From contig OY782882.1 in NCBI GenBank assembly GCA_963678485.1, positions 1,754,922-1,818,921 on the forward strand: a stretch of DNA of 64,000 bases, in the 5' to 3' direction. Origin of the DNA: Bacteroidales bacterium. GTDB lineage: Bacteria > Bacteroidota > Bacteroidia > Bacteroidales > CAIWKO01. Both the position numbers and the translations under genes were made by a program. Below, piece by piece: positions 1 to 10,260 of the stretch. The notes beneath the pieces were generated by a model. The model saw only the letters and a program-made list of their open reading frames with translations, had not been told where the DNA came from and ran no database searches. The number at the start of each line of letters is the position of its first letter. The first letter of the stretch is position 1.

Positions 1-551
1 GCACAACCGAAGGTTTCTTGTCCATCTGGAACTGATGGAGGGTTGTACACGATCCCAAGCTTTGTTGAATCGGGAGAAATTACATCGAAAAAATATCCCG
101 ATACAGGTAAAGGCTTTTTGACGATAGGAACTTCCAGTACTTTAACGGTTTCCGATGATAAGGTCTGTGAGTCCTCATTATACTTATTATAGTAAAGAGT
201 TTTGGTTCCCGCCTTCACATCAATAAATGACGAAAATACAAGAGTGGCAGTTTTCAATACTGAGGTAAATTCATAACTCAGTGCTTTGTCCTGAAATTTT
301 AATGGTACTTTAATGAGCGATAAAAAATTCATACCGCGATCAAACTTTATTATAGAGACACTTGTTGAAGCTCTCATAAATGCTGGAACCGGTGAAATAA
401 CACACAGACCATTTTCATTAAGCGAAAGCACTCTGAAGTTACCAGCAAAAGATTTCTTTGTACAGGGTTTCCCCCATTTCACGTCCTTTACCTGGCCAAA
501 TACGGTAGTGGAAAAAATCAAAACCGTAATAATGCATATTAGTTTTTTCAT
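1..551 (-). CDS. hypothetical secreted protein, N-terminal part only (ORF runs off window start)
   Basis: I translated the reverse strand by hand from the ATG at 551: MKKLICIITVLIFSTTVFGQVKDVKWGKPC... The frame stays open for 183 codons to position 1. The N-terminus looks like a signal peptide. The ORF is missing from the track because it has no stop in the window. Confidence 0.55.
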   Translation of the reverse strand, partial: MKKLICIITVLIFSTTVFGQVKDVKWGKPCTKKSFAGNFRVLSLNENGLCVISPVPAFMRASTSVSIIKFDRGMNFLSLIKVPLKFQDKALSYEFTSVLKTATLVFSSFIDVKAGTKTLYYNKYNEDSQTLSSETVKVLEVPIVKKPLPVSGYFFDVISPDSTKLGIVYNPPSVPDGQETFGC

Positions 552-698
552 ATCGAAGATTTTTTACAAATGTATCGTTATAAGCTGAATATTTTAAAGC
601 ATTTCATAAAATTTTATTTACGATTTATTGAAGTCAATGTATAATATTGTTAATCAGTAATCTTTGTAATAATAGTTGCCTTCGGAAAATAATTTTCG

Positions 699-706
699 TA
701 TCTTTG
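699..706 (+). promoter_or_regulatory. Bacteroidota-type -7 box (TAtcTTTG) upstream of ferritin gene
   Basis: Exact match to the TAnnTTTG consensus, 63 nt upstream of the ATG at 769. The motif is short and expected by chance in AT-rich DNA. Confidence 0.35.
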
Positions 707-768
707 TACCTCAATATTTAAAACAATAATTCAATCCATCATAATTATTAAAAATAAGGAGTCTATAT

Positions 769-1287
769 ATGTTAAGTAAAAAAATGGAACAGGCATTTAA
801 TGATCAGATTAATGCTGAGATGTTCTCGTCGTATTTATATCTTTCTATGTCTTCATATTTCACCGATGCAAATTTAAAAGGCTTTGCGCATTGGATGAGT
901 ATACAGGTGAAGGAAGAGAATGCACATGCAATGATAATGTTCAACTTTGTTCACGAACGTGGCGGAAAAGTGACATTACAGACTATTGAGCAACCCGAAT
1001 CTAAATGGAATGATCCAATTGCAGTATTTGAAGCCACTTTGCATCACGAAGAAAAAGTTACCTCGCTAATCAACTCACTTATGGATGTTGCCTTACAGGA
1101 AAAAGACCATGCTTCTGTGAACTTCCTTCAATGGTTTGTTAAAGAACAGGTTGAGGAAGAGGCTAATGCAACAGAGATTCTTCAACAGCTCAAAATTGTT
1201 GAAGGAAAAGGGCATGGATTGCTGCTTCTCGACAGGGAACTCATGACCCGTGTTTTTGTTGATCCCACCTTAACTGCGGGTGCATAA
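769..1287 (+). CDS. ftnA: non-heme ferritin
   Basis: 172 aa. Ferroxidase-centre pattern EMFSSYLYLSMSSYF...GFAHWMSIQVKEENAHA...FLQWFVKEQVEEE is typical of bacterial Ftn. Confidence 0.9.
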   Translation: MLSKKMEQAFNDQINAEMFSSYLYLSMSSYFTDANLKGFAHWMSIQVKEENAHAMIMFNFVHERGGKVTLQTIEQPESKWNDPIAVFEATLHHEEKVTSLINSLMDVALQEKDHASVNFLQWFVKEQVEEEANATEILQQLKIVEGKGHGLLLLDRELMTRVFVDPTLTAGA

Positions 1288-1307
1288 TACAAGCATCGCA
1301 AAGAAAG

Positions 1308-1334
1308 AAAACCGGGCTGTCCCGGTTTTTTTTT
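1308..1334 (+). terminator. rho-independent terminator after ferritin
   Basis: Stem accggg (1311-1316), loop ctgt, stem cccggt (1321-1326), followed by a T-run. An A-run precedes the stem. Confidence 0.85.
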
Positions 1335-1341
1335 ATTTTTG
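1334..1341 (+). promoter_or_regulatory. -7 box (TAttTTTG) upstream of 1362 gene
   Basis: Match to TAnnTTTG, 20 nt upstream of the ATG at 1362. Confidence 0.4.
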
Positions 1342-1361
1342 TCCAAAGGAATCCCCATTTT

Positions 1362-2984
1362 ATGCGCATCGGACTATCATCGCTTTTGGCGATTTTACTA
1401 TATTTTCAAATCTCCTTCGTTAGTGCGCAATCGCTGATTGGCTTTGAGCGATCAATCATGCAACCCTACGAAAGTGTTCAGGATGGATCGCCAACGGCAA
1501 GGCATCTATCTGTAAAACCTTTCATAAGTCAAAACAAAAGCGAACTGCTTTTGAATGATTCACTCTTAACTCCGGGCTGCCAACAGTCCGGCTCGGGCCG
1601 TTCCTGGATTATTCGCAAGCTCTACTTCGAACACTTTTTACATGCAGATAGCGGAAATTTTTCAATCGCCGCGGATCCCCTATTCGATTTGCAACTAGGC
1701 AAGGATGTATATAATTCCGGACTGCTGTACCGCAATAGCAGAGGTGTTCAGATTTCAGGAACCATCGGCAACAAGCTCGCCTTCTATACTTCATATTTGG
1801 AAACCCAAGCGCGCTTTGCCAGCTATATTACTGATGTCATCCAACAATTCGAAGTGGTTCCTGGAATGAATCGCGTAAAAGATTTCAGAAGCAATTCTTT
1901 CGATTATGGCGTGGCTTCGGCCAACATCTCCTATTCACCATGGAGGTTTCTGAATTTTCAATTGGGTTATGGAAAAAATATGTTTGGCAATGGTTATCGC
2001 TCCTTGCTTTTATCGGATAATTCCTTTCAGTACCCCTTTCTTAAAATCACCACTAAATTAGGGCGATTTGAATACGTCAACCTCATCACAAGTTTCCAAA
2101 ATCTGGATTCCGATTCTGTGCTGGATGCACCCATCATCTGGTACCAGGGATATCAGAAAAAAGGCGGAACCTTTAATTATCTAAGCGCACATGTCACCCG
2201 TTGGTTGGATATTGGGTTATTCGAAGGTATCATTTGGGAATCACGCAGTTTTAAAGATCGGTCTTTCAATTTTAATCAATATATACCTATTATCTATGTC
2301 AATACATTTCGGTATTCGCTTTTCTCAAAAAACAATGTTCTTATCGGAGCGGATTTAAATGTTAGACCATGGAAGAAGCTTCATATTTACGGACAATTTG
2401 CGCTTGATGATTTTCATTTTAGCAAACCATCAGGCGGTGGCTATTTGAAAACGAAATTCGCTTATCAGGCTGGTGTTAAATGGTTCGATGTTGGTGGCGT
2501 TCGAAACCTTTATCTGCAGGCAGAGTACAATCAAGCACGACCGTATACCTATGGTCACCAGGATGCACTGCAAAGTTACACTCATTACAATCAGGCATTG
2601 GCTCACCCTTTAGGCGCAAACTTCAGAGAACTTTTATTTTTTGCTGATTACCGTTACCGCAGGATGTATGCATCCATTAATTGTTTGTACGCTGTAAGCG
2701 GTGCGGATACACTGAACTCGCATTGGGGAAGCAATATTTTTATGTCAGACACTCACGCTTCCGGCGGATATAATTCAACAGGTAATGTAATGCTACAAGG
2801 CGATCGTCTGGTTCGGATGATTGGTGTATTGAGAGCGGGATATTTGTTTAATCCCAAGTATCAGCTTTGTGTTGAAGGTGAATTGAGTTACCGCACAGCC
2901 CGAATGAACGAATCTACACAAAAGAACCTTTGCATCTCGCTCGGAATAAAAACAAAATTGTTTAATCAGTACTTTGATTTTTAA
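1362..2984 (+). CDS. outer-membrane beta-barrel protein, capsule-assembly Wzi / RemB-like (putative)
   Basis: 540 aa with a signal peptide (LLAILLYFQISFVSAQ). Motifs GYRSLLLSDNSFQYPFLKITT and YNQARPYTYGH...YTHYNQALAHPLGANF match my memory of the Wzi/RemB family. It is a paralog of the next gene. Confidence 0.5.
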   Translation: MRIGLSSLLAILLYFQISFVSAQSLIGFERSIMQPYESVQDGSPTARHLSVKPFISQNKSELLLNDSLLTPGCQQSGSGRSWIIRKLYFEHFLHADSGNFSIAADPLFDLQLGKDVYNSGLLYRNSRGVQISGTIGNKLAFYTSYLETQARFASYITDVIQQFEVVPGMNRVKDFRSNSFDYGVASANISYSPWRFLNFQLGYGKNMFGNGYRSLLLSDNSFQYPFLKITTKLGRFEYVNLITSFQNLDSDSVLDAPIIWYQGYQKKGGTFNYLSAHVTRWLDIGLFEGIIWESRSFKDRSFNFNQYIPIIYVNTFRYSLFSKNNVLIGADLNVRPWKKLHIYGQFALDDFHFSKPSGGGYLKTKFAYQAGVKWFDVGGVRNLYLQAEYNQARPYTYGHQDALQSYTHYNQALAHPLGANFRELLFFADYRYRRMYASINCLYAVSGADTLNSHWGSNIFMSDTHASGGYNSTGNVMLQGDRLVRMIGVLRAGYLFNPKYQLCVEGELSYRTARMNESTQKNLCISLGIKTKLFNQYFDF

Positions 2985-2987
2985 TAC

Positions 2988-4676
2988 TTGAAAAAAGTCA
3001 TCATGAAATTAGTCCAAACCATTCTCCTGTCGCTTGCGTTATTGTGCACATTGCCTCACAGGCTTTCGGCACAGCAAGGGCATCTTCAGGGCACAGAGGA
3101 ATGGAATTATTTGGAAAGAAAAAAACTTAATATTGCCGGACAAAGCCGTCAAGCTGCAGTCCTGCCGATACTAGAGAAGGATCTAATTTCTGATACTCTT
3201 ACAGAATTTCTGCATGCTGTCAAAGGAAGAAGAAACAATGCATTTGAGCGTTTGTATAATTTTGAAATGGGAAAGATTGGCAATGATAAAAACCATATCA
3301 TCATTACGCCTACGATAGATTTTGAAGCTGGTTTAAATTCACGAACCTCAGGTGCAACAGGCGGTGGAGCAGTTGGTTTGAATGTTACAGCAGACCTTGG
3401 AAAACAGTTTTCGTTTGGTGGATATGGCCGGTTCAGCCAGTATTCATTTCCCGATTATCTGGAGCATGAAATTTCCCGTCTGCACGTTTCCCCTGCTTGT
3501 GGCTACGCTGTTCAATCATCGCTTGGCGGTCATTATTTCTGGGATTGGGACGTGTATGCGAACTATAGTTTCATGAAATATTTCAATCTTGAAGCTGGCA
3601 TGGGTCGTAATTTCTGGGGCGATGGATACCGTAGTTTCTTTTTAAGTGATCAGTCGTTCTCATACCCTTACATTAAACTTACTACCTCAGTCTGGCATAT
3701 AAAATATATAAATCTTTACGCTCAGTTAAAAGATTTGCGCAACAGCAATACAGGAATCTGGAGTAGGATGGATAATAAATACGGGAGCTTTCACTTTTTA
3801 ACCTGGGATGTCTCAAAGCGAGTGAACATTGGTTTTTTTGAAGCAATTATATGGCAAAACGCCGATAGTTCGATGCGTAGAGGCTTTGACATCAACTATT
3901 TGAACCCACTCATATTTTATCGACCTGTTGAATTTTCAATTGGTAGTCCTGATAATAGCTTGATGGGATTCAGCGCCAAAGTTAAAGTTGGGAAAAAGAG
4001 TTTCTTCTACGGACAATTCATGCTGGATGATATTATATGGGGAGAATTTTCAAGTGGCAGTATAAACCGAATAAAGCACTGGCTGCATCCCGGCGATTCC
4101 GTAGGCAATTATGGATACTGGACCAATAAGCAGGCCTGGCAGTTAGGATTTACTTCATATGATATATTCAAAATAAAAGGACTTGATATTCAAATTGAAT
4201 ACAACGCTGCGCGTCCCTATACTTTCTCGCATCGTCGCCCAGAAGTCAATTATACTCATTATAATGAACCTTTAGCGCATCCGGCTGGGGCGAATTTTCA
4301 TGAAATACTTGGCTTTATTAAATATTCCTATAAAAAATATTTCTTTCAATGCGAAGGCAGGTATTTGTTGAATGGTCTTGATACCAATGGAACCCATTAC
4401 GGTAGTAATATTTTACAGCCAACATTCGACACCTATTATCCCGAATATCAAAACATCCCGGTTCAGCAATATGGGAATAGCATTGGCCAAGGATTAAAAT
4501 GCCAAACGTTTCTTTTATCTATCAAGGCAACACGAATGATAATTCCATCCTTAAATTTGCGTGCGGAAGCGATGTTGATGTTCCGTCAACAGCAAACTTC
4601 CTTATCAACACAACGGGGAATTTACTTTTCGGTGGGAATAAAAAGTAGTTGGTTCCATCCATCGATTGACCGCTAG
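2988..4676 (+). CDS. outer-membrane beta-barrel protein, Wzi / RemB-like paralog (putative)
   Basis: 562 aa with a signal peptide ending LSAQ. It shares GYRSFFLSDQSFSYPYIKLTT and YNAARPYTFSH...YTHYNEPLAHPAGANF with the upstream gene. The track start is TTG at 2988; an alternative ATG lies at 3003. Confidence 0.5.
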   Translation: MKKVIMKLVQTILLSLALLCTLPHRLSAQQGHLQGTEEWNYLERKKLNIAGQSRQAAVLPILEKDLISDTLTEFLHAVKGRRNNAFERLYNFEMGKIGNDKNHIIITPTIDFEAGLNSRTSGATGGGAVGLNVTADLGKQFSFGGYGRFSQYSFPDYLEHEISRLHVSPACGYAVQSSLGGHYFWDWDVYANYSFMKYFNLEAGMGRNFWGDGYRSFFLSDQSFSYPYIKLTTSVWHIKYINLYAQLKDLRNSNTGIWSRMDNKYGSFHFLTWDVSKRVNIGFFEAIIWQNADSSMRRGFDINYLNPLIFYRPVEFSIGSPDNSLMGFSAKVKVGKKSFFYGQFMLDDIIWGEFSSGSINRIKHWLHPGDSVGNYGYWTNKQAWQLGFTSYDIFKIKGLDIQIEYNAARPYTFSHRRPEVNYTHYNEPLAHPAGANFHEILGFIKYSYKKYFFQCEGRYLLNGLDTNGTHYGSNILQPTFDTYYPEYQNIPVQQYGNSIGQGLKCQTFLLSIKATRMIIPSLNLRAEAMLMFRQQQTSLSTQRGIYFSVGIKSSWFHPSIDR

Positions 4677-4686
4677 ATATATTTTG

Positions 4687-4694
4687 TATTTTTG
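4687..4694 (+). promoter_or_regulatory. -7 box (TAttTTTG) upstream of lnt
   Basis: Match to TAnnTTTG, 14 nt upstream of the ATG at 4709. Confidence 0.35.
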
Positions 4695-4708
4695 TATCAG
4701 AAAACTAC

Positions 4709-6355
4709 ATGAAAAAATTCTACCTCATATTACTTGCAATACTCACAGGTGTCCTGCTATGGCTGGGCTGGCCTGCCCGCGGATTCCCGGGAATACTGTT
4801 TGTGGCTTTCATTCCCATGCTGTTTGTTGAAGATTATATTGTTCAGAACAAGCATAACTTCATTAAGGGTAGCTTGTTTTTACACGCATATATTGCCTTT
4901 CTTGTATGGAATCTGCTTACAACATGGTGGATTTACTACTCTACGCTATTCGGGGCATTGATGGCCATTTTCTTCAATGCCTTGTTTATGGCCTTGGTCT
5001 TCCATTTTTATCATGTAATTCGACGAAATCTTTTTAAGGGCCGCGGAGGCTTTATTGTCCTCATTTTTTTCTGGGTGACCTTCGAATATTTGCATTTGGA
5101 TTGGGATCTCACATGGTCGTGGCTCAACTTAGGAAATGGATTTGCTAATTATCCTACATGGATTCAGTGGTATGAATACACCGGGACATTTGGCGGAACA
5201 ATTTGGGTGCTTGGCATCAACATTTTAATTTATCTTTCATTAAAATATACGTTTGGATTATTGAAAATGAAGAAAAGAGTGCTGCTCTATGGTCTGGGCG
5301 CACTACTTGCCTTGATCATTCCGATTTCCACCTCCCTCCTAAGATATTACTCCTACAAAGAAACCTCTGCCCCGGTTAAGGTCGTAGTGGTTCAGCCTAA
5401 CATTGACCCTTACAATGAAAAGTTTGGCGGGATGGCCCCACAAGCGCAGCTTGATAAAATCCTTAGTCTTGCGCGCCAAAAAATTGATTCAACAACCGAT
5501 TTCTTAGTTTGCCCAGAAACAGCCATTCCTGAAGGTATTGTTGAAAACGAACTTAATGATACCTGGAGTGTTGATAGTTTAAAAGCATTATTGGTTGACT
5601 TCCCTCAATTAAAGATTGTGATTGGAGTCTCTTCATTTAAGATTTATCATAAGGGAGAAAAACTTACAGAGACTGCCCGCATTTCCCACGATGGCTCTTA
5701 TTATTATGATGTATGCAACTCTGCATTATATTACGATTCAACGCATAATCCTCAAATCTACCACAAATCGAAGCTGGTTCCCGGAGTCGAAAAAATGCCT
5801 TTCCCAAAATTATTAAAGCCACTTGAAAAATTCGCCATTGATTTGGGCGGAATGACAGGAAGTAACGCCACACAAACAGAGCGAAGCGTATTTGTTGGAG
5901 ACCATGGCAAGATTAAAGTTGCTCCTGTGATTTGCTATGAATCTATCTACGGCGACTTTCTTACTGGCTACATCCGTAACGGAGCTGAGCTTATTTTCAT
6001 CATCACCAATGATGGCTGGTGGGACGATTCGCCAGGTCACAGACAACATTTCCAATATGCACGTTTACGTGCAATTGAAACACGTCGTAGTATTGCACGC
6101 TCAGCAAATACGGGAATTTCAGGATATATCAACCAGAGGGGCGACATATTGCAAAGCACTCCCTATTGGGAAGATGCCGTACTCAGCATGAGCATTAACG
6201 CCAATAACCACATGACTTTTTACAGTCGTTTTGGCGACTATTTTGGAAATATTTTCCAGTATTTCACACTGACAATTCTTGTAGTGCAGCTGGTCATGCT
6301 CTTTCTCAATATGAGATTTCGCATGCGCTCGAAAAAGGCCGCAAAGAAAGGCTAG
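4709..6355 (+). CDS. lnt: apolipoprotein N-acyltransferase
   Basis: 548 aa. The N-terminal half is polytopic membrane. The C-terminal half is a CN-hydrolase domain (VVVVQPNIDPY, CPETA, ICYESIYGDF, IITNDGWW, SANTGISG). Confidence 0.9.
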   Translation: MKKFYLILLAILTGVLLWLGWPARGFPGILFVAFIPMLFVEDYIVQNKHNFIKGSLFLHAYIAFLVWNLLTTWWIYYSTLFGALMAIFFNALFMALVFHFYHVIRRNLFKGRGGFIVLIFFWVTFEYLHLDWDLTWSWLNLGNGFANYPTWIQWYEYTGTFGGTIWVLGINILIYLSLKYTFGLLKMKKRVLLYGLGALLALIIPISTSLLRYYSYKETSAPVKVVVVQPNIDPYNEKFGGMAPQAQLDKILSLARQKIDSTTDFLVCPETAIPEGIVENELNDTWSVDSLKALLVDFPQLKIVIGVSSFKIYHKGEKLTETARISHDGSYYYDVCNSALYYDSTHNPQIYHKSKLVPGVEKMPFPKLLKPLEKFAIDLGGMTGSNATQTERSVFVGDHGKIKVAPVICYESIYGDFLTGYIRNGAELIFIITNDGWWDDSPGHRQHFQYARLRAIETRRSIARSANTGISGYINQRGDILQSTPYWEDAVLSMSINANNHMTFYSRFGDYFGNIFQYFTLTILVVQLVMLFLNMRFRMRSKKAAKKG

Positions 6356-6365
6356 CGTTAAAATT

Positions 6366-7370
6366 TTATTTAGTTAGTGCTTTTGAAAAAACAGTATCAA
6401 TAATCGACTGCTTTATCGGAATGAATGTGAATGCCTTTAGGTTGGCAAATTTTGTCGTATCATAAGAAGAAACCGACGTTGATATTCTTAACATCTCTTT
6501 GGTAAGTGGATTTGTCTTTCCTGTAAAGACGGTCTTCAGCTGGAGCACTACCCTGGCCGCATTCATCAAAGAGTGACTGGCCCGTTTTGTCGGAACGTTG
6601 ACATTTAGGGCTGTTGCAATCAAGGTCATGATATGTTGATAGGATAAATTCTCTGCAGAAACAATAAAGCGTTCAGCAGTAATATCTGATTTCATTAAAT
6701 ATACCATCGCTGCAGCAACATCCCGAGCATCAATCCAGGCATTTGACCCATTGGGAAAATATTTCATTCCCTTTTGGACCAACTTCACCAGAGGCTCAAT
6801 ACCTTGATTTGACCCACAAGGCCCAGTAATTACAGATGGATTCACTATTACTGCATTTAAGCCTTCAGCGATGCCTCTGAATACTTCGAGCTCTCCCATA
6901 TATTTTGTCCAACCATAGCCTGAATGTTTAACTGCAGCGCTTCGTGGTGTTTGCTCATCAACTGGAATTCCTTCAGAAGCATCACCCAATGAACCAATAC
7001 TGCTGACATGACACAACTTCCTCGCTTTTTTCTCCAAACAGGCATTGACAATATTAGCTGTACCGCTAATATTTACCTTATACATTTTGTTTCGTTGTCT
7101 TTTAGAAAAACTGATGACAGCGGCACAATGATAAACATCGTCGCCTTCCTTTACCAACTCTAAGATTCCTGTTGCATCAAGCACATCACAATCAACCCAT
7201 TCAATGAGGTTTTTTTGTGTGTCATCATCAACATACAAATTGAGAATCTTCAGGCATGCCTCCATTGATGCAGGAGAGCGTCGTACAGCACGTACTCTGC
7301 TACCCTGACTCACTAATAAGCCAAGTAAATGCGCCCCTAGAAAACCTGTTCCTCCTGTAACGATGATCAT
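6366..7370 (-). CDS. NAD-dependent epimerase/dehydratase family protein
   Basis: 334 aa. N-terminal Rossmann motif MIIVTGGTGFLGAHL and an SDR-type YxxxK region (YGWTKYMGE). Confidence 0.85.
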   Translation of the reverse strand: MIIVTGGTGFLGAHLLGLLVSQGSRVRAVRRSPASMEACLKILNLYVDDDTQKNLIEWVDCDVLDATGILELVKEGDDVYHCAAVISFSKRQRNKMYKVNISGTANIVNACLEKKARKLCHVSSIGSLGDASEGIPVDEQTPRSAAVKHSGYGWTKYMGELEVFRGIAEGLNAVIVNPSVITGPCGSNQGIEPLVKLVQKGMKYFPNGSNAWIDARDVAAAMVYLMKSDITAERFIVSAENLSYQHIMTLIATALNVNVPTKRASHSLMNAARVVLQLKTVFTGKTNPLTKEMLRISTSVSSYDTTKFANLKAFTFIPIKQSIIDTVFSKALTK

Positions 7371-7772
7371 TTTAAAAAATTAATTTGCAGCAAGGACAGA
7401 GATTATATTTTCACTGTACTTACAATCCATCCTTTGCATCAAAAGTAACCAAATATTGTGAATTCTGCAGTGTCAGCTTCTGACAAAATAATTGACCCTT
7501 GCGTTGCAGACTATGGTATCAAACACATTTTAACGAAAACATGTAATTAGTTTCACTGCGATAAAGAAATGTGTAAAGATCCTAAATCCTCAATCAGTGT
7601 AAGATTACTTCCCAATACAGTGATCTGTACAAAAATATTTATCAACAATTACTTGCCGTTTTGTCGATACAAATACAGCTTTTGTTTTTTATTCATAATA
7701 TTTTGTCTAATTTCTATCTATTTTAATTTCTTTTTCACGATAGTTTCATTTTGTATATAATTTTTTATGATT

Positions 7773-7780
7773 TATATTTG
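7773..7780 (+). promoter_or_regulatory. -7 box (TAtaTTTG) upstream of 7811 gene
   Basis: Match to TAnnTTTG, 30 nt upstream of the ATG at 7811. Confidence 0.35.
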
Positions 7781-7810
7781 ACAAAAAAACAAACACCAAA
7801 TAATCAAACT

Positions 7811-9247
7811 ATGAAAAAAAGAAAACATCACTTCGATCGCTTGCATTCTAAGAAATTTAAGCGATTCATTAGCAAAATAAAGCCGACCGTCATTGGTGCG
7901 CTGTGCTGCATTCTTTGGGCAGTACCGCCGGACATCAGTGCACAGAATGTCCCTCCGCATTACCCAAACGCAGTATTAAAATTGTATTATGGTAATGGAC
8001 GTTATACTTACGGAGTATCGCAATTATACGATGACAGCATAAACGTTGGCTGTGGGACTATCACTCCTACAGAGAAATTTGATGTTGTGGGAGGAAACAT
8101 TCGCACCACTGGAAAATTGATATCCTTGATTCCCACTGGCACTGCACCGCTGAGTGTAAGTTCCTCGACTTTAATATCAAATCTGAATTCAGATATGGTA
8201 GATGATCTTCACGCAAGTGCCTTTTCACTAAGCACTCACACACATGCAGGTATGGTAACAGGTGCAGGAACTGCCACACAACTTGCTTTCTGGAATGGTC
8301 CGTCTAGCCTGACAGGCAGCACAGAGCTGTTTTGGGACAATGCGTCTTCCCGCTTGGGAATAGGGACAAGTGTACCCTCAGCACAATTACACATTGCAAG
8401 TACCAACGCTCAGGCTGCCTTAAAACTTACGGAAACCTTTAGTTTTACAAACTCAACTACCACCAAAAGCTGGAATATTGCTAATAATATGGGCATACTG
8501 CGCTTTGAAATTCAGACAGGCAACAGCACGCCGTATGCAGCAATGACCATCCAGTCAACCGCAACCAATGCAATTGTAAATGTAAATGGGCAGGTAAATA
8601 TTAAACGACTTCAATTCACCTCAGGCTTTACAGCTAATTATTTATTGGCGACTACTTCAACAGGTTTAGTAATATCGAAAGACCCGGCATTAGTCACTGG
8701 ATGGACTGTAAGCGGAAACAATGTATATAAAACGAATGGCGCTGCCGCAGTTGGAACGACTTTAATGGAAGGACAGATGAACATTGCAAGTTCAGCGCAA
8801 CCTGCTTTAGTTATCGGGGCAAATCAGTCAGGGCCGGGATATGCTCTGCTTACCAAAGCTTCAAATTCGCAAATCAAAGCGTTTGCGGTGGAGTCAGGAG
8901 GAACCGAAAATTTCATTCTCTGGGGCAATGGTTATATGCAGGTTGACAATAAAATTAGAGCGAAGGAAGTGGAAGTTTGCGTGGATGTATGGCATGATGA
9001 TGTATTCCGCAATGATTACCCCTTATGGACATTGCAACAAATTGATGAGTATATCAGCGCCAATGGCCATTTGCCGGGGATTCCACAAGAAAGCGAAGTG
9101 CTCAAAGAAGGTATTTCTTTGGGTAAAATGAACGCCGCCCTGCTTGAAAAAGTCGAAGAACTTACCTTATATGTAATCGCCCTTAACAAAACAAACATTG
9201 ATCTTCAAGCCCAGATCAGTGAACTGAAAACCGCGTCTAAACCCTAA
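7811..9247 (+). CDS. secreted surface / tail-fibre-like protein with conserved C-terminal coiled-coil module
   Basis: Likely start is MKKRKHH at 7811, followed by a signal peptide (CCILWAVPPDISAQ). The body is rich in Ser, Thr, Gly and Ala, suggesting beta structure. I recognise the C-terminus WHDDVFRNDYPLWTLQQIDEYISANGHLPGIPQESEV...LLEKVEELTLYVIAL as a recurrent Bacteroidota tail-fibre-like terminal module. The function is unknown. Confidence 0.45.
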   Translation: MKKRKHHFDRLHSKKFKRFISKIKPTVIGALCCILWAVPPDISAQNVPPHYPNAVLKLYYGNGRYTYGVSQLYDDSINVGCGTITPTEKFDVVGGNIRTTGKLISLIPTGTAPLSVSSSTLISNLNSDMVDDLHASAFSLSTHTHAGMVTGAGTATQLAFWNGPSSLTGSTELFWDNASSRLGIGTSVPSAQLHIASTNAQAALKLTETFSFTNSTTTKSWNIANNMGILRFEIQTGNSTPYAAMTIQSTATNAIVNVNGQVNIKRLQFTSGFTANYLLATTSTGLVISKDPALVTGWTVSGNNVYKTNGAAAVGTTLMEGQMNIASSAQPALVIGANQSGPGYALLTKASNSQIKAFAVESGGTENFILWGNGYMQVDNKIRAKEVEVCVDVWHDDVFRNDYPLWTLQQIDEYISANGHLPGIPQESEVLKEGISLGKMNAALLEKVEELTLYVIALNKTNIDLQAQISELKTASKP

Positions 9248-9285
9248 ACTACAAACTATAATTAAATAATGAATATCTCTTTATT

Positions 9286-9705
9286 ATGAAAAAAACAATT
9301 CTTATCCTTATCGTGATGACGCTGGTCGTTGCCTCCTGCAAGAAATATGAGGAAGGTCCAGCTATAAGTTTGCGAAGTAAAACAGCCCGTGTATGTGGCA
9401 TCTGGACTGTCGAAAAAATGTTCGAGAATGAAATTGAAGTGCTTGACGAAACCCAGATACAATGGGAGTTTAAGTCTGACGGCACAGGAACACGCCAATC
9501 TACCGACCCACTTATTGGGACAACAAATGTCGCATTTAGCTGGAGCTTTATCAAAGACAAATCGTCGCTGGAAATTATTCTTACCATTCCTTCGGTGCAA
9601 TTGACAATGACAGAAGAATGGGAAATACTCAAGTTGAAAGATAAGTCAATGTGGGTAAAAACTACTTTATACGACAACTTGTATGAATACAGGCTCAAAC
9701 AATAA
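9286..9705 (+). CDS. small lipoprotein (lipocalin-like?), paralog pair member 1
   Basis: 139 aa. Lipobox LVVASC is followed by KKYEEGPAISLRSKTARVCGIW. The post-Cys motif is shared with the next gene. Confidence 0.6.
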   Translation: MKKTILILIVMTLVVASCKKYEEGPAISLRSKTARVCGIWTVEKMFENEIEVLDETQIQWEFKSDGTGTRQSTDPLIGTTNVAFSWSFIKDKSSLEIILTIPSVQLTMTEEWEILKLKDKSMWVKTTLYDNLYEYRLKQ

Positions 9706-9774
9706 TGAGATGTCGGCACAAAAAAACAAAAACAAATAAATCACATTTTGTGCTCACATATCAAAAAAACTAAT

Positions 9775-10260
9775 ATGAAAAACAACACCTTCATTAACGG
9801 CCGCATGGCACTTGCCTGCATTTTATTTTCTTTAATTCTTTTCTCATGCAAATATAAAGATGGCCCTGCAATTAGCTTTCGCTCGGCAGATTCACGCATT
9901 ATAGGCAATTATGAAGCGGATGCATTTACTGTAGACGGTCAGGACGCGCTACAATTATGGAAAGATTCAATCAGCGATATAATTTTCAGTCTATATCATG
10001 AGGTTGAGCCAACCGATAATTACTGGATATCAACTCGTGTTAAGTCAGAATTTCTTTCGGGTAACTATAAGCTGGTTGCTGATGATACTCAATTGTTGAT
10101 TTATTCGCTCGAAGAAACCGCGGCTTTCCCCGGAGCGGGGCCATTTCGCGAAAACAAAGAAAGCACCTGGGATATCTATAAGCTTAGTAAAAAGAGGATA
10201 TGGATGCAGACCGAATTTGAAGGACATATTTATTATGTCGAACTAAAACAAATAGAATGA
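9775..10260 (+). CDS. small lipoprotein, paralog pair member 2
   Basis: Likely start is MKNNTF at 9775. Lipobox LILFSC is followed by KYKDGPAISFRSADSRIIGNY. Confidence 0.6.
   Translation: MKNNTFINGRMALACILFSLILFSCKYKDGPAISFRSADSRIIGNYEADAFTVDGQDALQLWKDSISDIIFSLYHEVEPTDNYWISTRVKSEFLSGNYKLVADDTQLLIYSLEETAAFPGAGPFRENKESTWDIYKLSKKRIWMQTEFEGHIYYVELKQIE

Noticed and set aside
313-588. The 91-aa plus-strand ORF from the track.
   Set aside because: It lies antisense to a longer reverse-strand ORF (1-551) that has a clear signal peptide and stays open to the window edge. The plus-strand product is low-complexity with no recognisable motif.
9249-9719. 156-aa and 112-aa minus-strand ORFs overlapping the lipoprotein gene.
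   Set aside because: These are shadow ORFs antisense to a gene with a canonical lipobox and a paralog next door, and they carry no motifs. The same reasoning applies to the many 60-180 aa antisense ORFs inside the rSAM, B12-rSAM and transposase genes, such as 27899-28444, 20391-20780, 47066-47512 and 53345-53698.
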